Positions 1-9,843 of a stretch of DNA of 64,000 bases are shown piece after piece (positions within the stretch are counted from its first letter, which is position 1; each line of letters starts with the position of its first letter). The stretch is from the NCBI GenBank assembly GCA_934177485.1, contig CAKPPF010000004.1:10916-74915 (forward strand). Reading direction: 5' to 3'. The translations under genes and the position numbers were made by a program. The notes under the pieces are model-generated. The model searched no databases and had not been told where the DNA came from. It saw nothing but the letters and a program-made list of their open reading frames with translations. This DNA is from an uncultured Clostridia bacterium. GTDB lineage: Bacteria > Bacillota > Clostridia > TANB77 > CAG-508.

Positions 1-42
1 AATCCCCGGAAATCAACAAATGTAGTAGTAAGATCAGATCTG

Positions 43-85
43 AAAAAAATCGACTCTAACACGTCAATGTGTTAGAGTTGATTTT
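43..85 (-). terminator. intrinsic terminator after pgi
   Basis: 13-bp inverted repeat TCGACTCTAACAC/GTGTTAGAGTTGA (50-81) flanked by an A-run and a T-run. Confidence 0.6.
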
Positions 86-1384
86 TTAATATCCAGGTTT
101 TTCTAATAATTTAAACATATTTTTCTTGTATTTTTCTACGCCTGGTTGGTTAAATGGATTTACTCCCAATATCTTTCCAGACATAGCGCATGCAAGTTCA
201 AAAAAGTATATTAATTCTCCAATTGCTTCTTCATCTAAGTTTTCTACATTAATTAGTATATTAGGAACATTTCCGTCTGCATGTGCTCTTATTGTTCCTT
301 CCATAGCTTTTTTATTAATATAATCTAAAGTTTTATCTGTTAGATAGTTTAATCCATCTAGATTATCTTCATCTGGTTTTATACTTATATCTTGTGTTGT
401 ATTTACAATATTTAGAACTGTCTCAAATAGATTTCTTCTTCCTTCTTGTATATATTGTCCCATTGAATGTAAGTCTGTAGTAAAATCGACCCCAGCTGGA
501 AAAATTCCCTTTAAGTCTTTTCCTTCGCTCTCGCCATATAATTGTTTCCACCATTCTGTAAAATAATGAAGTTTAGGTTCATAATTTGCAAGAATTTCGA
601 TATTCTTATTTTCTTTATATAAAATATTTCTCATTACAGCATATTGATAGCATTCGTTATATTTTATATCATTGTCTGAATATTTTCCTTGTGCAAATTT
701 TGCTCCAGCCATTAATTTATCTATATCAATTCCAGCTGTTGCAATTGGCAATAATCCAACTGCAGTGAGTACAGAATATCTTCCACCAACATTATCTGGT
801 ATTACAAATGTTTCATAGCCTTCTTCATCAGACAGTGTTTTTAAAGCTCCCTTTGCCTTATCGGTTGTAACATATATTCTATTTTTAGCATTTTCTATTC
901 CATATTTATTTTCTAATATTTCTCTAAATATTCTAAATGCAATTGCAGGCTCAGTAGTAGTTCCAGATTTTGATATTACATTTACTGAAAAATCTTTATC
1001 TCCAATTAATTCTATTAAATCAAGAATATATCTTGGGCTCATATTATTTCCAGCATATAAAATTCTTGGATTTTTTCTTTTTTCATAGTTATAAAAAGAA
1101 TTTGTTAAGCTTTCTATAACAGCTCTAGCACCTAAGTATGATCCTCCAATTCCAATTACAACTAGAAACTCAGAATCCTTTTTTATTTTTTCTGCGGATT
1201 TTTTTATTCTTTCAAATTCTTCTTTATTATATTTAGTTGGTAATTCAAGCCAACCCAAAAACTCACTTTCATCATCTTTTTTTGCATGAAGAAAATTATG
1301 TATTTCTTCTACTTTTTCCTTATATTTAAGCACTTCACTAATAGGTATGCTTGCATTAGAAAAATCAATTTTTATATTTGCCAT
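86..1384 (-). CDS. pgi: glucose-6-phosphate isomerase
   Basis: 432-aa ORF with PGI signatures [11 protein letters not shown] and [15 protein letters not shown]; RBS AAGGAGGG upstream. Confidence 0.95.
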   Translation of the reverse strand: MANIKIDFSNASIPISEVLKYKEKVEEIHNFLHAKKDDESEFLGWLELPTKYNKEEFERIKKSAEKIKKDSEFLVVIGIGGSYLGARAVIESLTNSFYNYEKRKNPRILYAGNNMSPRYILDLIELIGDKDFSVNVISKSGTTTEPAIAFRIFREILENKYGIENAKNRIYVTTDKAKGALKTLSDEEGYETFVIPDNVGGRYSVLTAVGLLPIATAGIDIDKLMAGAKFAQGKYSDNDIKYNECYQYAVMRNILYKENKNIEILANYEPKLHYFTEWWKQLYGESEGKDLKGIFPAGVDFTTDLHSMGQYIQEGRRNLFETVLNIVNTTQDISIKPDEDNLDGLNYLTDKTLDYINKKAMEGTIRAHADGNVPNILINVENLDEEAIGELIYFFELACAMSGKILGVNPFNQPGVEKYKKNMFKLLEKPGY

Positions 1385-1469
1385 AATTAACCCTCCTTTG
1401 TTTTATTACACATTATTCTATATATATTTTAGAATTTAGTCAAGTTTTTTACTTGCTTTTTAATACCCT

Positions 1470-2354
1470 GTGATATATAATTTTTTTATGAGAAAAATTA
1501 TAGTTGATAAAAAATTTAATAATAAAAAGATACAAAATATTTTGCAATTTAACTTTAATGGTCTTTCGAGTTCACTATTTTTTAAAACTTTAAGAAAAAA
1601 AGACATTAAGGTTAATGGTAAAAGAATAACAGATAATATTATTGTTTTTGAAAATGATATAATAGAAATTTATTTAGATGATAAATATCTTTTCAAAGTT
1701 TTTTCATTAGATATATTATATGAGGATGATAATATTTTAGTTATAAATAAGCCTCAAGGAATAGAAGTTTTGAGTGATGAAGAAACTTGTTTAACCAACT
1801 TGATTAGGCAAAAATATAGATTCAAAAACAATTTTCCTTATCCATGTCATAGATTAGACAGGAATACTTCAGGATTAGTTTTATATGCAAAGAATAAAGA
1901 AAGCCTTGATATTCTAAATTTAAAAATTAAAGAACATGAAATACTAAAATTTTATAAATGTACAGTTATTGGTATTTTAAGCAATAAAGAAGCTACTTTA
2001 AAAGATTATCTATTTAAAGATAGTAAGAAATCTATTGTTTATATAAGCAAAACTTTTAAACCAGGTTATAAAGAAATTATTACATCTTATAAGGTACTTG
2101 GTGAAGACATCAAAAACAATTTATCTACCTTAGAAGTTAATCTTAGAACTGGAAGAACTCACCAAATCCGTGCACATCTTTCCTATATTGGCCATCCTAT
2201 ATTAGGAGATGGAAAATATGGTAATAATGAGATAAATAAGAAGTTTAATAAAAATAAACAAGAGTTATGCGCGTATAAAATTATTTTTAAGTTTAAAACA
2301 GATGCCAGCATCTTAAATTATTTGAACAATAAAGAGTTTGAACTTAAGTTTTAA
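1470..2354 (+). CDS. RluA-family rRNA pseudouridine synthase
   Basis: Catalytic motifs HRLDRNTSGL and GRTHQIRAH. Start uncertain (GTG 1470 or ATG 1488). Confidence 0.85.
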   Translation: MIYNFFMRKIIVDKKFNNKKIQNILQFNFNGLSSSLFFKTLRKKDIKVNGKRITDNIIVFENDIIEIYLDDKYLFKVFSLDILYEDDNILVINKPQGIEVLSDEETCLTNLIRQKYRFKNNFPYPCHRLDRNTSGLVLYAKNKESLDILNLKIKEHEILKFYKCTVIGILSNKEATLKDYLFKDSKKSIVYISKTFKPGYKEIITSYKVLGEDIKNNLSTLEVNLRTGRTHQIRAHLSYIGHPILGDGKYGNNEINKKFNKNKQELCAYKIIFKFKTDASILNYLNNKEFELKF

Positions 2355-2358
2355 AATT

Positions 2359-2408
2359 AAAAGCTCAAGAATTAAAATTGTTAGCACAATTTTAATTTTT
2401 GAGCTTTT
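2359..2408. terminator. long hairpin between convergent genes (bidirectional terminator candidate)
   Basis: AAAAGCTCAAGAATTAAAATTGT-TAGC-ACAATTTTAATTTTTGAGCTTTT read directly. Confidence 0.6.
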
Positions 2409-2555
2409 AAAAAATAGCTTCCTTTTATTTCTAATTTATGTTTTATATTTTATTTCAAGTTAGGATTTGTTTCTAATAAATTTATTAGTTTTTCTCTATT
2501 TGCATCGCTATTAAATGTTTCATTCATAGTATAAGTGTCCTTTGAACTTTCTTCC

Positions 2556-3170
2556 TCACCGAATCATTTGGTAATTATTCATAAATGTAACTATAAATTT
2601 ACTTTCGGTTAAAATTGCTTTAGGATCAAGATTTTTGTTACTTTTTAGACTTTCTGCCCAACTTTTGTTATCTTCATAATATTCATCGTCTTTTGAAAGA
2701 TTATTTATAAATTCATCTACTGCTGTTTTTAAATCCAAGAATTGGTAGCTTTCTGCTTCTCTTTCAGATATGTCAAAATCATCATAAGTTGTTTCTGGAA
2801 GATTACCAAAATTTTCGGATGAAGATCCTCTCCAGTTTGTACCAAAAGACCATATTTTATCCTTCTTTATTACATAAAAGTCCGTTTCAATATTTTTACC
2901 GAAAGCTGAATATACTGCTCCGTAATATGGGAAATTAAAACCGCTTGAATTAGGACTATTTTCCTCAAGATATTTCTCGTATTCAGCTATTTTATCCATT
3001 TCGTTTATTTTATTTGCGTTATAGGCATCTTTACTATTTTTAGCATATTCTAATATCTTATTATTATTTATTGACGTTATTGCTACTACTGCTAATATTA
3101 GCAATACTATTATTGTTATTATTAAAGCAACAAGTGTAATTCCTTTAGTGTTTTTAAATTTTTCTTTCAT
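2556..3170 (-). CDS. prepilin-type protein, long paralog of the short pilin at 58544..58765
   Basis: The N-terminus MKEKFKNTKG|ITLVALIITIIVLLILAVVAI has a class III-like leader plus a hydrophobic helix. The first ~70 aa align along the whole 73-aa pilin. An extra ~130-aa C-terminal domain follows. Confidence 0.7.
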   Translation of the reverse strand: MKEKFKNTKGITLVALIITIIVLLILAVVAITSINNNKILEYAKNSKDAYNANKINEMDKIAEYEKYLEENSPNSSGFNFPYYGAVYSAFGKNIETDFYVIKKDKIWSFGTNWRGSSSENFGNLPETTYDDFDISEREAESYQFLDLKTAVDEFINNLSKDDEYYEDNKSWAESLKSNKNLDPKAILTESKFIVTFMNNYQMIR

Positions 3171-3284
3171 AATTTTTCCTCCTTAGTTTTTAATTTGTAT
3201 CTATTTTATCATAATTATAATTGTTGTCAAGACATTTTGAAAATTTGAGATTAAGTCTATAAGTCTTAAATGGCATTTTCTAAA

Positions 3285-4232
3285 TTATAAATATTTTTCT
3301 ACTTCTTTTATAATCTTTTCTTTTACTTCATCTAATGTTCCTAAAATTGTACAGCCTGCCGCACGAATATGTCCTCCTCCATTATATGTAAGACATACAT
3401 CTGAGACATTTACATATTCATTACTTCTTAGTGATGCTTTAAATCCTCCTTCTATTTCTCTTAAGAAAATTGATACCTCTACTCCTTCAACATCTCTCCC
3501 AATTTCTACTAATCCCTCATGGTCTCCTGCTTCTGCATTTACTTTTTCTAAATCATCAAAAGTTATATATGTAAATGTAACTTTTCCGTTATCTAAAAAT
3601 TCCATTCTATCCATTACCATTTTTCTTAGTTCGAAATTTGCTTTTGTTCTTGTTTGTAAGACTTTTTTATAAATATTTGAAACTTTTACTCCTTTTGTCA
3701 AAAGCCATGATGCAAATTCAAAAGTTTCTGCAGATACTCCTTCATATTGAAAGCCACCTGTGTCTGTTATAATTCCAGTTAGTAAGCAAGTACCGATTTT
3801 TTCATCTATATCTATTCCAAGTTTTTCAATAACAAATATTAGTGTTTGAGCACATGCTGGAGAATCTGGATTTACAAAGTTAAAGTCTGCAAACATTTCG
3901 TTTACCTGGTGATGATCAATTTGTATTCTTACATTTGCATTTTCAAAATATCTAGCAAAACCATTTAATCTTTTTATTCCTGTAACATCTACAGATATTG
4001 CCAAGTCATAGTTTTCTTCTTTTCCCTCTTTTTTAACTTCCTCTGAGCATGGCAAGAATTTGAATATTTTAGGGAATTCCGGAATAATTACATCTACTTC
4101 TTTTCCTAGTCTTTTTAGTGTTAAATACATTGCAAGTGCTGAACCTATTGCATCACCGTCTGGATTTTCGTGAGTTAATATTACTATGTCTTTTGCTTTA
4201 TTAATTTCTTCTTTTATATTATCTATTGTCAT
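3285..4232 (-). CDS. nrnA: DHH-family phosphoesterase, NrnA-like oligoribonuclease / pAp phosphatase
   Basis: Motifs DGDAIGS, DHH (QIDHHQ) and GGGH (YNGGGHIRAAG); sits in the conserved position after rbfA. Confidence 0.85.
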   Translation of the reverse strand: MTIDNIKEEINKAKDIVILTHENPDGDAIGSALAMYLTLKRLGKEVDVIIPEFPKIFKFLPCSEEVKKEGKEENYDLAISVDVTGIKRLNGFARYFENANVRIQIDHHQVNEMFADFNFVNPDSPACAQTLIFVIEKLGIDIDEKIGTCLLTGIITDTGGFQYEGVSAETFEFASWLLTKGVKVSNIYKKVLQTRTKANFELRKMVMDRMEFLDNGKVTFTYITFDDLEKVNAEAGDHEGLVEIGRDVEGVEVSIFLREIEGGFKASLRSNEYVNVSDVCLTYNGGGHIRAAGCTILGTLDEVKEKIIKEVEKYL

Positions 4233-4247
4233 ATAAAGATTTCTCCT

Positions 4248-4610
4248 TTATTTGTTTTCAATATCTTTCATAATATCTTTTAAAATTGAATCAATTTTAG
4301 CTCCATATTCCATAGAATCGTCTAGTTCAAAAATAATTTCTGGAGTAATTCTTAAATTCATTCTTTTAGCTAAAAGACTTCTAGTTAAACCAGCTGATTT
4401 TTTTAAAATTGCCAAATCTTCTTTTGTGCTTTTAGCGTTTAGTATACTAACATATACTTTAGCATATTTTAAATCTGGTGTTACTTTAGCTTTAGTAACA
4501 CTAATAAGTCCTGTTAAATTTGGGTCTTTTATATCGTTCATTAAAATCATACTAACTTGTTTTTTTAACTCTTCATCGACTCTATTAAATCTAGTATTAT
4601 TCTTTTGCAT
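4248..4610 (-). CDS. rbfA: ribosome-binding factor A
   Basis: RbfA-like sequence (RVDEELKKQVS, KYAKVYVS). Start moved to the ATG at 4610, which is preceded by GGAGAT. The upstream 18 codons of the ORF lack an RBS. Confidence 0.9.
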   Translation of the reverse strand: MQKNNTRFNRVDEELKKQVSMILMNDIKDPNLTGLISVTKAKVTPDLKYAKVYVSILNAKSTKEDLAILKKSAGLTRSLLAKRMNLRITPEIIFELDDSMEYGAKIDSILKDIMKDIENK

Positions 4611-4728
4611 TTTTATCTCCTTTTTTATATTAGTAAAAGAATTGTATTTTGACCTGTTACACAAGTTATAAAATTATAAATTTTACACCAATATGTAACA
4701 GCATCAAAATCAATTATCTTACAAATAC

Positions 4729-7692
4729 TTATTTTTTTATCTCTTCCATAACATATACTTCTAATGTATCGCCTTCTTTAATATCATTAAAGTTTTCAAT
4801 TTGAATACCACACTCATACCCTGCTGCTACTTCTTTTGCATCATCTTTAAATCTCTTTAATGATACTAATTTTCCATCATGAATAACTACATTATCTCTT
4901 ATTATTCTTATTCCTGCATTTCTTGAAACTTTTCCGTTTGTTACATAGCATCCTGCTATTGTTCCAACATTTGAAACTTTGAAAGTTTGTCTTATTTCTG
5001 CATTTCCTATTATTTTCTCTTCGTATTCAGGATCTAACATTCCTTTCATAGCAGCTTCAACATCTGCTATTGCATGATAAATTACTGAATATTGTTTTAT
5101 TTCAACATCTTCTTTTTCTGCCATATCTCTAGCAAGTGGTTCTGGTCTTACATTAAATGCTATTATTATAGCATTTGATACTTTAGCAAGAGTAACATCA
5201 GACTCAGTAACTCCACCAACGTTTGCATGTATAACTTTTACTTGAACTTCATTATTAGATAGTTTCTCTAAGCTTTGTTTTACAGCTTCAACACTACCTT
5301 GAACATCTGCTTTGACTATTAAGTTTAATTCTTTTAATTTTCCTTTTTCTATTTGATTAAATAAATCATTTAATGAAACTTTTGCTGTTTCATTTATTGA
5401 TTTTTCTCTTTCTTGACGTTTTCTCTTTTCTATTAAGTGTTTTGCTGTTTTTTCATCTTCAACCTCATAGAAAGTTTCGCCGGCAACTGGCACTTCTGTT
5501 AAACCAATTATTTCAACTGGTGTTGATGGTCCTGCTTTTTTAACTTTTTTGCCTTTATCGTTATACATAGCTCTAATTCTACCTATAACTGAACCAACAA
5601 CTACTGTATCTCCAACATCTAAAGTACCTCTTTGTACAAGCATTGTAGCAACTGGTCCTCTTGATTTATCTAATTTTGCTTCTATTACTGCTCCTTTAGC
5701 TTGTTTATTTGGATTTGCTTTCAATTCTTTCATATCAGCAACTAATAATACCATTTCAAGTAATGTGTCTATGTTTGTTCTTTGTTTTGCAGAAATTGGA
5801 ACAAATATTGTATCTCCACCCCATTCTTCTGCAACTAAATCATACTTTGTTAATTCTTCTTTTACTTTTTCTACATTAGCACCTTCAACATCTATTTTAT
5901 TAACTGCAACTATTATTGGAATTCCTGCTGCTTTAGCATGATTTATAGCTTCTATTGTTTGAGGCATTACACCGTCATTTGCAGCAACAACTAATATTGC
6001 TATATCTGTAACTTGCGCACCTCTAGCACGCATTGCTGTAAAAGCTTCATGTCCTGGTGTATCTAAGAAAGTTATTTCTCTTCCTTTAACTTCAACTTTA
6101 TATGCACCAATATGCTGTGTAATTCCTCCTGCTTCACCTTCAATTACATTTGTACTTCTTACGGCATCAAGTAATGATGTTTTACCATGGTCAACGTGTC
6201 CCATAACAACAACTACTGGTGGTCTTGCAACTAGTTCTTCCTCTGTATCTTCAGTATCATCAAACAATATATCTTCTTCTGTTACAGTTTCCTTTTTAAT
6301 AGCAGTTATTCCAAATTCACCAGCAATTAAAAATGCTGTATCAAAGTCTATATCATTGTTTATTGTTGCCATTATTCCATATCCTAATAGCTTCTTAATT
6401 ACCTCTCCTGTTGTTTTCTTTATTTCTGCTGCAAAGTCTTTTACAGATATTGTTTCTGGAATAGTAATTTCAGTTAATTGGAATATTTTTTGTTTATTTC
6501 TTTCTTCATCATTTTTTGATAACTTCTTTTTATTTTTTCTTCCTCTTGCAGTTGTTAAATCATAGTAGTCAAGCATTCCACCATCTTGGTCATTAAACAT
6601 ATTAGACAAGCTTTTTTCTTGTTTTAAGCTCTTTAATTTGTCCTCATCAAATTCGCCATCTATTCTTCTGTTTTTAGTTTGTTTTTTTGTTTTATTCTCT
6701 TCAAATTTATTGTTACTTTTTTGTTTTGAAATAGCTTTACTGTAGTCTCTAACATTTTCTTTTTCTACAATATCGTTTGCCATTATATTTTTTATGTTTT
6801 TATCTATTCCTTTACTATCAAGAGGTCTTTTATTAAATCCTTCATTTCCAAATTTATTATTAAATGGTCTGTTATTGTTATTGTTTCTTTGGGCAAAATT
6901 ATTATTTCTATTATTATATTGTCCGTTATTTCTATAGTTGTTTCCATTTTCATTATTTCTATAATTATTTCTGTTTTGATTATTATAGTTATTGTTGTTG
7001 CGATCTTTATTGAAATTATTATAGTTTCTATTGTTATTTTCTCTATTATTATTTTTATTTTGGTTATAGTTTGGATTATAATTTCTGTTATTGTTGCTAA
7101 AATTATTTTCCTTAACTTCTATTTTCTTTTCTTCTTTTGCTTCTTCTTTTTTTTCAATTTTTGGTTCTTCTTTTTTTTCAATTTTTGGTTCTTCTATTTT
7201 TGTCATATCTTCCTTTTTCGTTTCATTAATTATTTCTTTATTTTCTGTTTTTTTAGGTTCTTTTAATCCAAACAATTCACTTACAGTCATTGGTTTTGAT
7301 GGTTTATTTCTATAAACAATATTATAATCATTTTTATTTTTTCTTTCTACAAATCCAATTCCATTATTATTTTGCTTTGCCTGTTTCTTTTTTCTCTCTT
7401 CTTCTTCTTTTCTTTTAATTTCTTCATCAGTAATAATTACTTGTCTCCTTATAATTACTGGTGATTCTTTTTTTGCTTCTTTTGCTTCTTCTTTTTTGTT
7501 TTTTAATGTTGCAGTTTTATCTCCTGATAATTTCTTTTTTAGAGTTTCTACTTCACTTTCTTCTAATGAACTCATATGAGTCTTTGCATTTATTCCTAAT
7601 TCTTGTGCTACTGCGATAATTTCTTTGCTAGTTTTTTCTAATTGTTTAGCAAGTTCATATATTTTCATTTTACCCAATAACATCACCCCCAT
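4729..7692 (-). CDS. infB: translation initiation factor IF-2
   Basis: GTPase motifs [20 protein letters not shown] and NKID, with a conserved C-terminal half. Start ambiguous between 7668 and 7692. Confidence 0.95.
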   Translation of the reverse strand: MGVMLLGKMKIYELAKQLEKTSKEIIAVAQELGINAKTHMSSLEESEVETLKKKLSGDKTATLKNKKEEAKEAKKESPVIIRRQVIITDEEIKRKEEEERKKKQAKQNNNGIGFVERKNKNDYNIVYRNKPSKPMTVSELFGLKEPKKTENKEIINETKKEDMTKIEEPKIEKKEEPKIEKKEEAKEEKKIEVKENNFSNNNRNYNPNYNQNKNNNRENNNRNYNNFNKDRNNNNYNNQNRNNYRNNENGNNYRNNGQYNNRNNNFAQRNNNNNRPFNNKFGNEGFNKRPLDSKGIDKNIKNIMANDIVEKENVRDYSKAISKQKSNNKFEENKTKKQTKNRRIDGEFDEDKLKSLKQEKSLSNMFNDQDGGMLDYYDLTTARGRKNKKKLSKNDEERNKQKIFQLTEITIPETISVKDFAAEIKKTTGEVIKKLLGYGIMATINNDIDFDTAFLIAGEFGITAIKKETVTEEDILFDDTEDTEEELVARPPVVVVMGHVDHGKTSLLDAVRSTNVIEGEAGGITQHIGAYKVEVKGREITFLDTPGHEAFTAMRARGAQVTDIAILVVAANDGVMPQTIEAINHAKAAGIPIIVAVNKIDVEGANVEKVKEELTKYDLVAEEWGGDTIFVPISAKQRTNIDTLLEMVLLVADMKELKANPNKQAKGAVIEAKLDKSRGPVATMLVQRGTLDVGDTVVVGSVIGRIRAMYNDKGKKVKKAGPSTPVEIIGLTEVPVAGETFYEVEDEKTAKHLIEKRKRQEREKSINETAKVSLNDLFNQIEKGKLKELNLIVKADVQGSVEAVKQSLEKLSNNEVQVKVIHANVGGVTESDVTLAKVSNAIIIAFNVRPEPLARDMAEKEDVEIKQYSVIYHAIADVEAAMKGMLDPEYEEKIIGNAEIRQTFKVSNVGTIAGCYVTNGKVSRNAGIRIIRDNVVIHDGKLVSLKRFKDDAKEVAAGYECGIQIENFNDIKEGDTLEVYVMEEIKK
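7141..7188. repeat. perfect 24-bp tandem duplication inside infB (encodes PKIEKKEE twice)
   Basis: TTCTTCTTTTTTTTCAATTTTTGG occurs at 7141-7164 and again at 7165-7188. Confidence 0.9.
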
Positions 7693-7718
7693 TTAATATT
7701 TTTACGGTATTTATTAAA

Positions 7719-7982
7719 CTATTTATCATTTATAATTACATCCTTTAAATTATTATATATCTGCTCTGAGATTTCTTTTTCTAGAACCTTTTCTAGTCTC
7801 TTACTTTTTACGACTTTTTCCAAGCATTCAACACTATTACAAATATATGCTCCTCTTCCTTCTTGTTTTCCTGTTTTATCTAAAGAAATGATGCCTTCTT
7901 TATTTTTTACTATTCTTATTAACTCTTTTTTAGGCTTTTTTTCATTACATCCCATACATGTTCTTAATGGTATTTTTTTCAA
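7719..7982 (-). CDS. ylxR: YlxR/DUF448 family RNA-binding protein
   Basis: RTCMGCNEKKPKKELIRIV motif; conserved position between nusA and infB. Confidence 0.85.
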   Translation of the reverse strand: MKKIPLRTCMGCNEKKPKKELIRIVKNKEGIISLDKTGKQEGRGAYICNSVECLEKVVKSKRLEKVLEKEISEQIYNNLKDVIINDK

Positions 7983-8022
7983 GATTGTTCCTCCTATTAT
8001 ATTTGTTTTTGTGCTTTATTAA

Positions 8023-9135
8023 TTATTCTTCTTCGCTTTTTTCTTCACTTTGTTCTTGTTCATTTTGCATTGATGCAATCATTTCCCTAAATTGGCTTTC
8101 AGATTTTATATCAATTTTCCAATTTGTAAGTTTTGCAGCTAATCTTGCATTCTGTCCAGATTTTCCTATAGCTAAAGATAATTGGTCGTCTGGTACAATT
8201 ACTTGTGCAAACTTTTCATCTTCTTTTATATCTACTGCCATTACTTGAGCTGGAAGTAATGCTGATGATATAAATATTGATGGGTCCTCATTCCATTCTA
8301 TTACATCAATCTTTTCACCGTTTAATTCATTTATTATATTTTGAATTCTTATTCCTTTTTGACCTACACAAGATCCAACTGGGTCTATATCTGGGTTAGT
8401 AGAATAAACAGCAACCTTACATCTACTTCCTGGATCTCTAGAAACACTCTTTATTTCTATAAGTCCTTCATATATTTCTGGTATTTCAAATTCAAACAAT
8501 TTTCTAACAAAGTCTCCACATGCACGAGATACTATAACTTGTGGTGCACCTTTTTGCCCTCTTACAACATTAGAGACATATCCTCTTATTTTGCTATTTA
8601 CCTTATATTTTTCTGTAGGTATTTGTTCTTTTAATGGTATTATTCCTTCAAGTTTTCCTAAATCCAACACAACAATTCCAGAGTCTGCTTTTTGTATAAT
8701 TCCTGTAACAATTTCGCCTTTTCTATCATTGAATTCATTATATAAAACATCTCTTTCAACTTCTCTTAATTTTTGTATTATTACTTGCTTTGCAGTTTGA
8801 GCTGCTATTCTCCCAAAGTTTTTTGGTGCTAGTTCAATATCTATTGTTTCACCAAGTTTTACTTTTTTGTCTATATTTTTAGCTTCGTCTAAAGATATCT
8901 GTAAATTGCCATCTTCTACTGCTTCTACAACTTCTTTACAAGAATATATATGTGTTGCTCCAGTTATTTTATCTATAACTACTTTAACATTTTCAGCTGA
9001 ATCAAAGTTTCTTTTATAGGCTGTAACCAAAGCTGTCTCAATTGCTTCAATTACATATTCTTTTTTTATTCCTTTCTCTTTTTCTAATTCATCTAGTGCT
9101 ATTATTAGTTCTTTATTGTCTATTAATTCTTTCAT
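8023..9135 (-). CDS. nusA: transcription termination/antitermination factor NusA
   Basis: N-terminal domain, S1 domain and two KH GxxG loops (VGQKGIRIQ, IGKSGQNARL); acidic C-terminal tail. Confidence 0.95.
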   Translation of the reverse strand: MKELIDNKELIIALDELEKEKGIKKEYVIEAIETALVTAYKRNFDSAENVKVVIDKITGATHIYSCKEVVEAVEDGNLQISLDEAKNIDKKVKLGETIDIELAPKNFGRIAAQTAKQVIIQKLREVERDVLYNEFNDRKGEIVTGIIQKADSGIVVLDLGKLEGIIPLKEQIPTEKYKVNSKIRGYVSNVVRGQKGAPQVIVSRACGDFVRKLFEFEIPEIYEGLIEIKSVSRDPGSRCKVAVYSTNPDIDPVGSCVGQKGIRIQNIINELNGEKIDVIEWNEDPSIFISSALLPAQVMAVDIKEDEKFAQVIVPDDQLSLAIGKSGQNARLAAKLTNWKIDIKSESQFREMIASMQNEQEQSEEKSEEE

Positions 9136-9183
9136 TTTTCCGTTTTCCTCCTTTATATACTTTTGAGTTTTACTTACTCTTTT

Positions 9184-9639
9184 TTACCATTCATATATAG
9201 TCTTAATAACAGATATATTTTTTCGTTCAACTTTAATTATATCTTCATTAATTTTGATTGCTATAAAATCATTGTCAAAATTTTCTAAAGTTCCTTCTAT
9301 TGATTTTCGCTTATCAATAGGTTTAAACAGTCTTAATTTAACTAGTTTTCCTATGTTATCTTTTAGGTGTTTATCTTTTCTAAGGATTCTTTCTATTCCT
9401 GGTGAAGACACCTCAAGAAAATACTGTTCTTTAATATAATCGACTTCATCTAATAATGGATTAATTTCATTGCTAACTTTTTCACAGTCATTTAAATCAA
9501 TTCCATTTGGCTTGTCAATAAAAACTTTAAGAAAATAGTCTTTTCCTTCTTTAGCATATTGAACGTCATATAGTTCATAACCCAAACCATTAACTTTGTC
9601 TGTTAATAGCTTTTCAACTTTTTCTTCTATGTTTGCCAA
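9184..9639 (-). CDS. rimP: ribosome maturation factor RimP
   Basis: EVSSPGIER motif; first gene of the nusA operon; TTG start after AGGAGG. Confidence 0.9.
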   Translation of the reverse strand: MANIEEKVEKLLTDKVNGLGYELYDVQYAKEGKDYFLKVFIDKPNGIDLNDCEKVSNEINPLLDEVDYIKEQYFLEVSSPGIERILRKDKHLKDNIGKLVKLRLFKPIDKRKSIEGTLENFDNDFIAIKINEDIIKVERKNISVIKTIYEW

Positions 9640-9711
9640 AATATACCTCCTATATACGTATTAAAGAGTGGGATTTGTTCCCACTCTTCTGTTTATTTTT
9701 TATGCTATTAA

Positions 9712-9741
9712 ATTATATACTTTTAGAAATTAATTTGTCAA
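9712..9741 (-). promoter_or_regulatory. sigma-A-type promoter of the rimP-nusA-infB operon
   Basis: On the minus strand, TTGACA then about 18 nt then TATAAT, roughly 75 nt upstream of the rimP start. Confidence 0.5.
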
Positions 9742-9759
9742 GTATTTTACTTAAATTTA

Positions 9760-9788
9760 TTGAAAAATAAGCATTTTTATGTTATACT
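9760..9788 (+). promoter_or_regulatory. sigma-A-type promoter of the PIN-like orphan gene
   Basis: TTGAAA (9760-9765), 17-nt spacer, TATACT (9783-9788). A TAACAC-GTTTT-GTGTTA hairpin follows at 9794-9810. Confidence 0.5.
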
Positions 9789-9843
9789 TATGTTAACACG
9801 TTTTGTGTTAGGCTGGAAAATATTTTTACAAAGGAGAATCTAA

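Noticed and set aside
56-77. Similarity between the pgi terminator core (CTAACACGTCAATGTGTTAG) and the hairpin at 9794-9810 (TTAACACGTTTTGTGTTAG), considered as another repeat family.
   Set aside because: Only about 7 nt per arm are shared, in two copies. That is too short to distinguish from chance without a genome-wide count.
2450-2527. 25-codon ORF (MNETFNSDANREKLINLLETNPNLK) just downstream of the long pilin paralog, considered as a frameshifted C-terminal extension.
   Set aside because: A stop codon in that frame precedes it, there is no RBS, and nothing in the sequence supports a programmed frameshift. The evidence is insufficient.
4252-4671. Long plus-strand ORFs antisense to real genes. 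Examples: 4252..4671, 5549..5941, 6889..7266, 20318..20767, 21353..21826, 37052..37603, 38802..39431, 56098..56661.
   Set aside because: Their translations are low-complexity and rich in F/I/L/S, as expected for the reverse strand of AT-rich, Lys/Glu/Asn-rich genes. They lack RBSs, and each fully overlaps a gene with clear family motifs.
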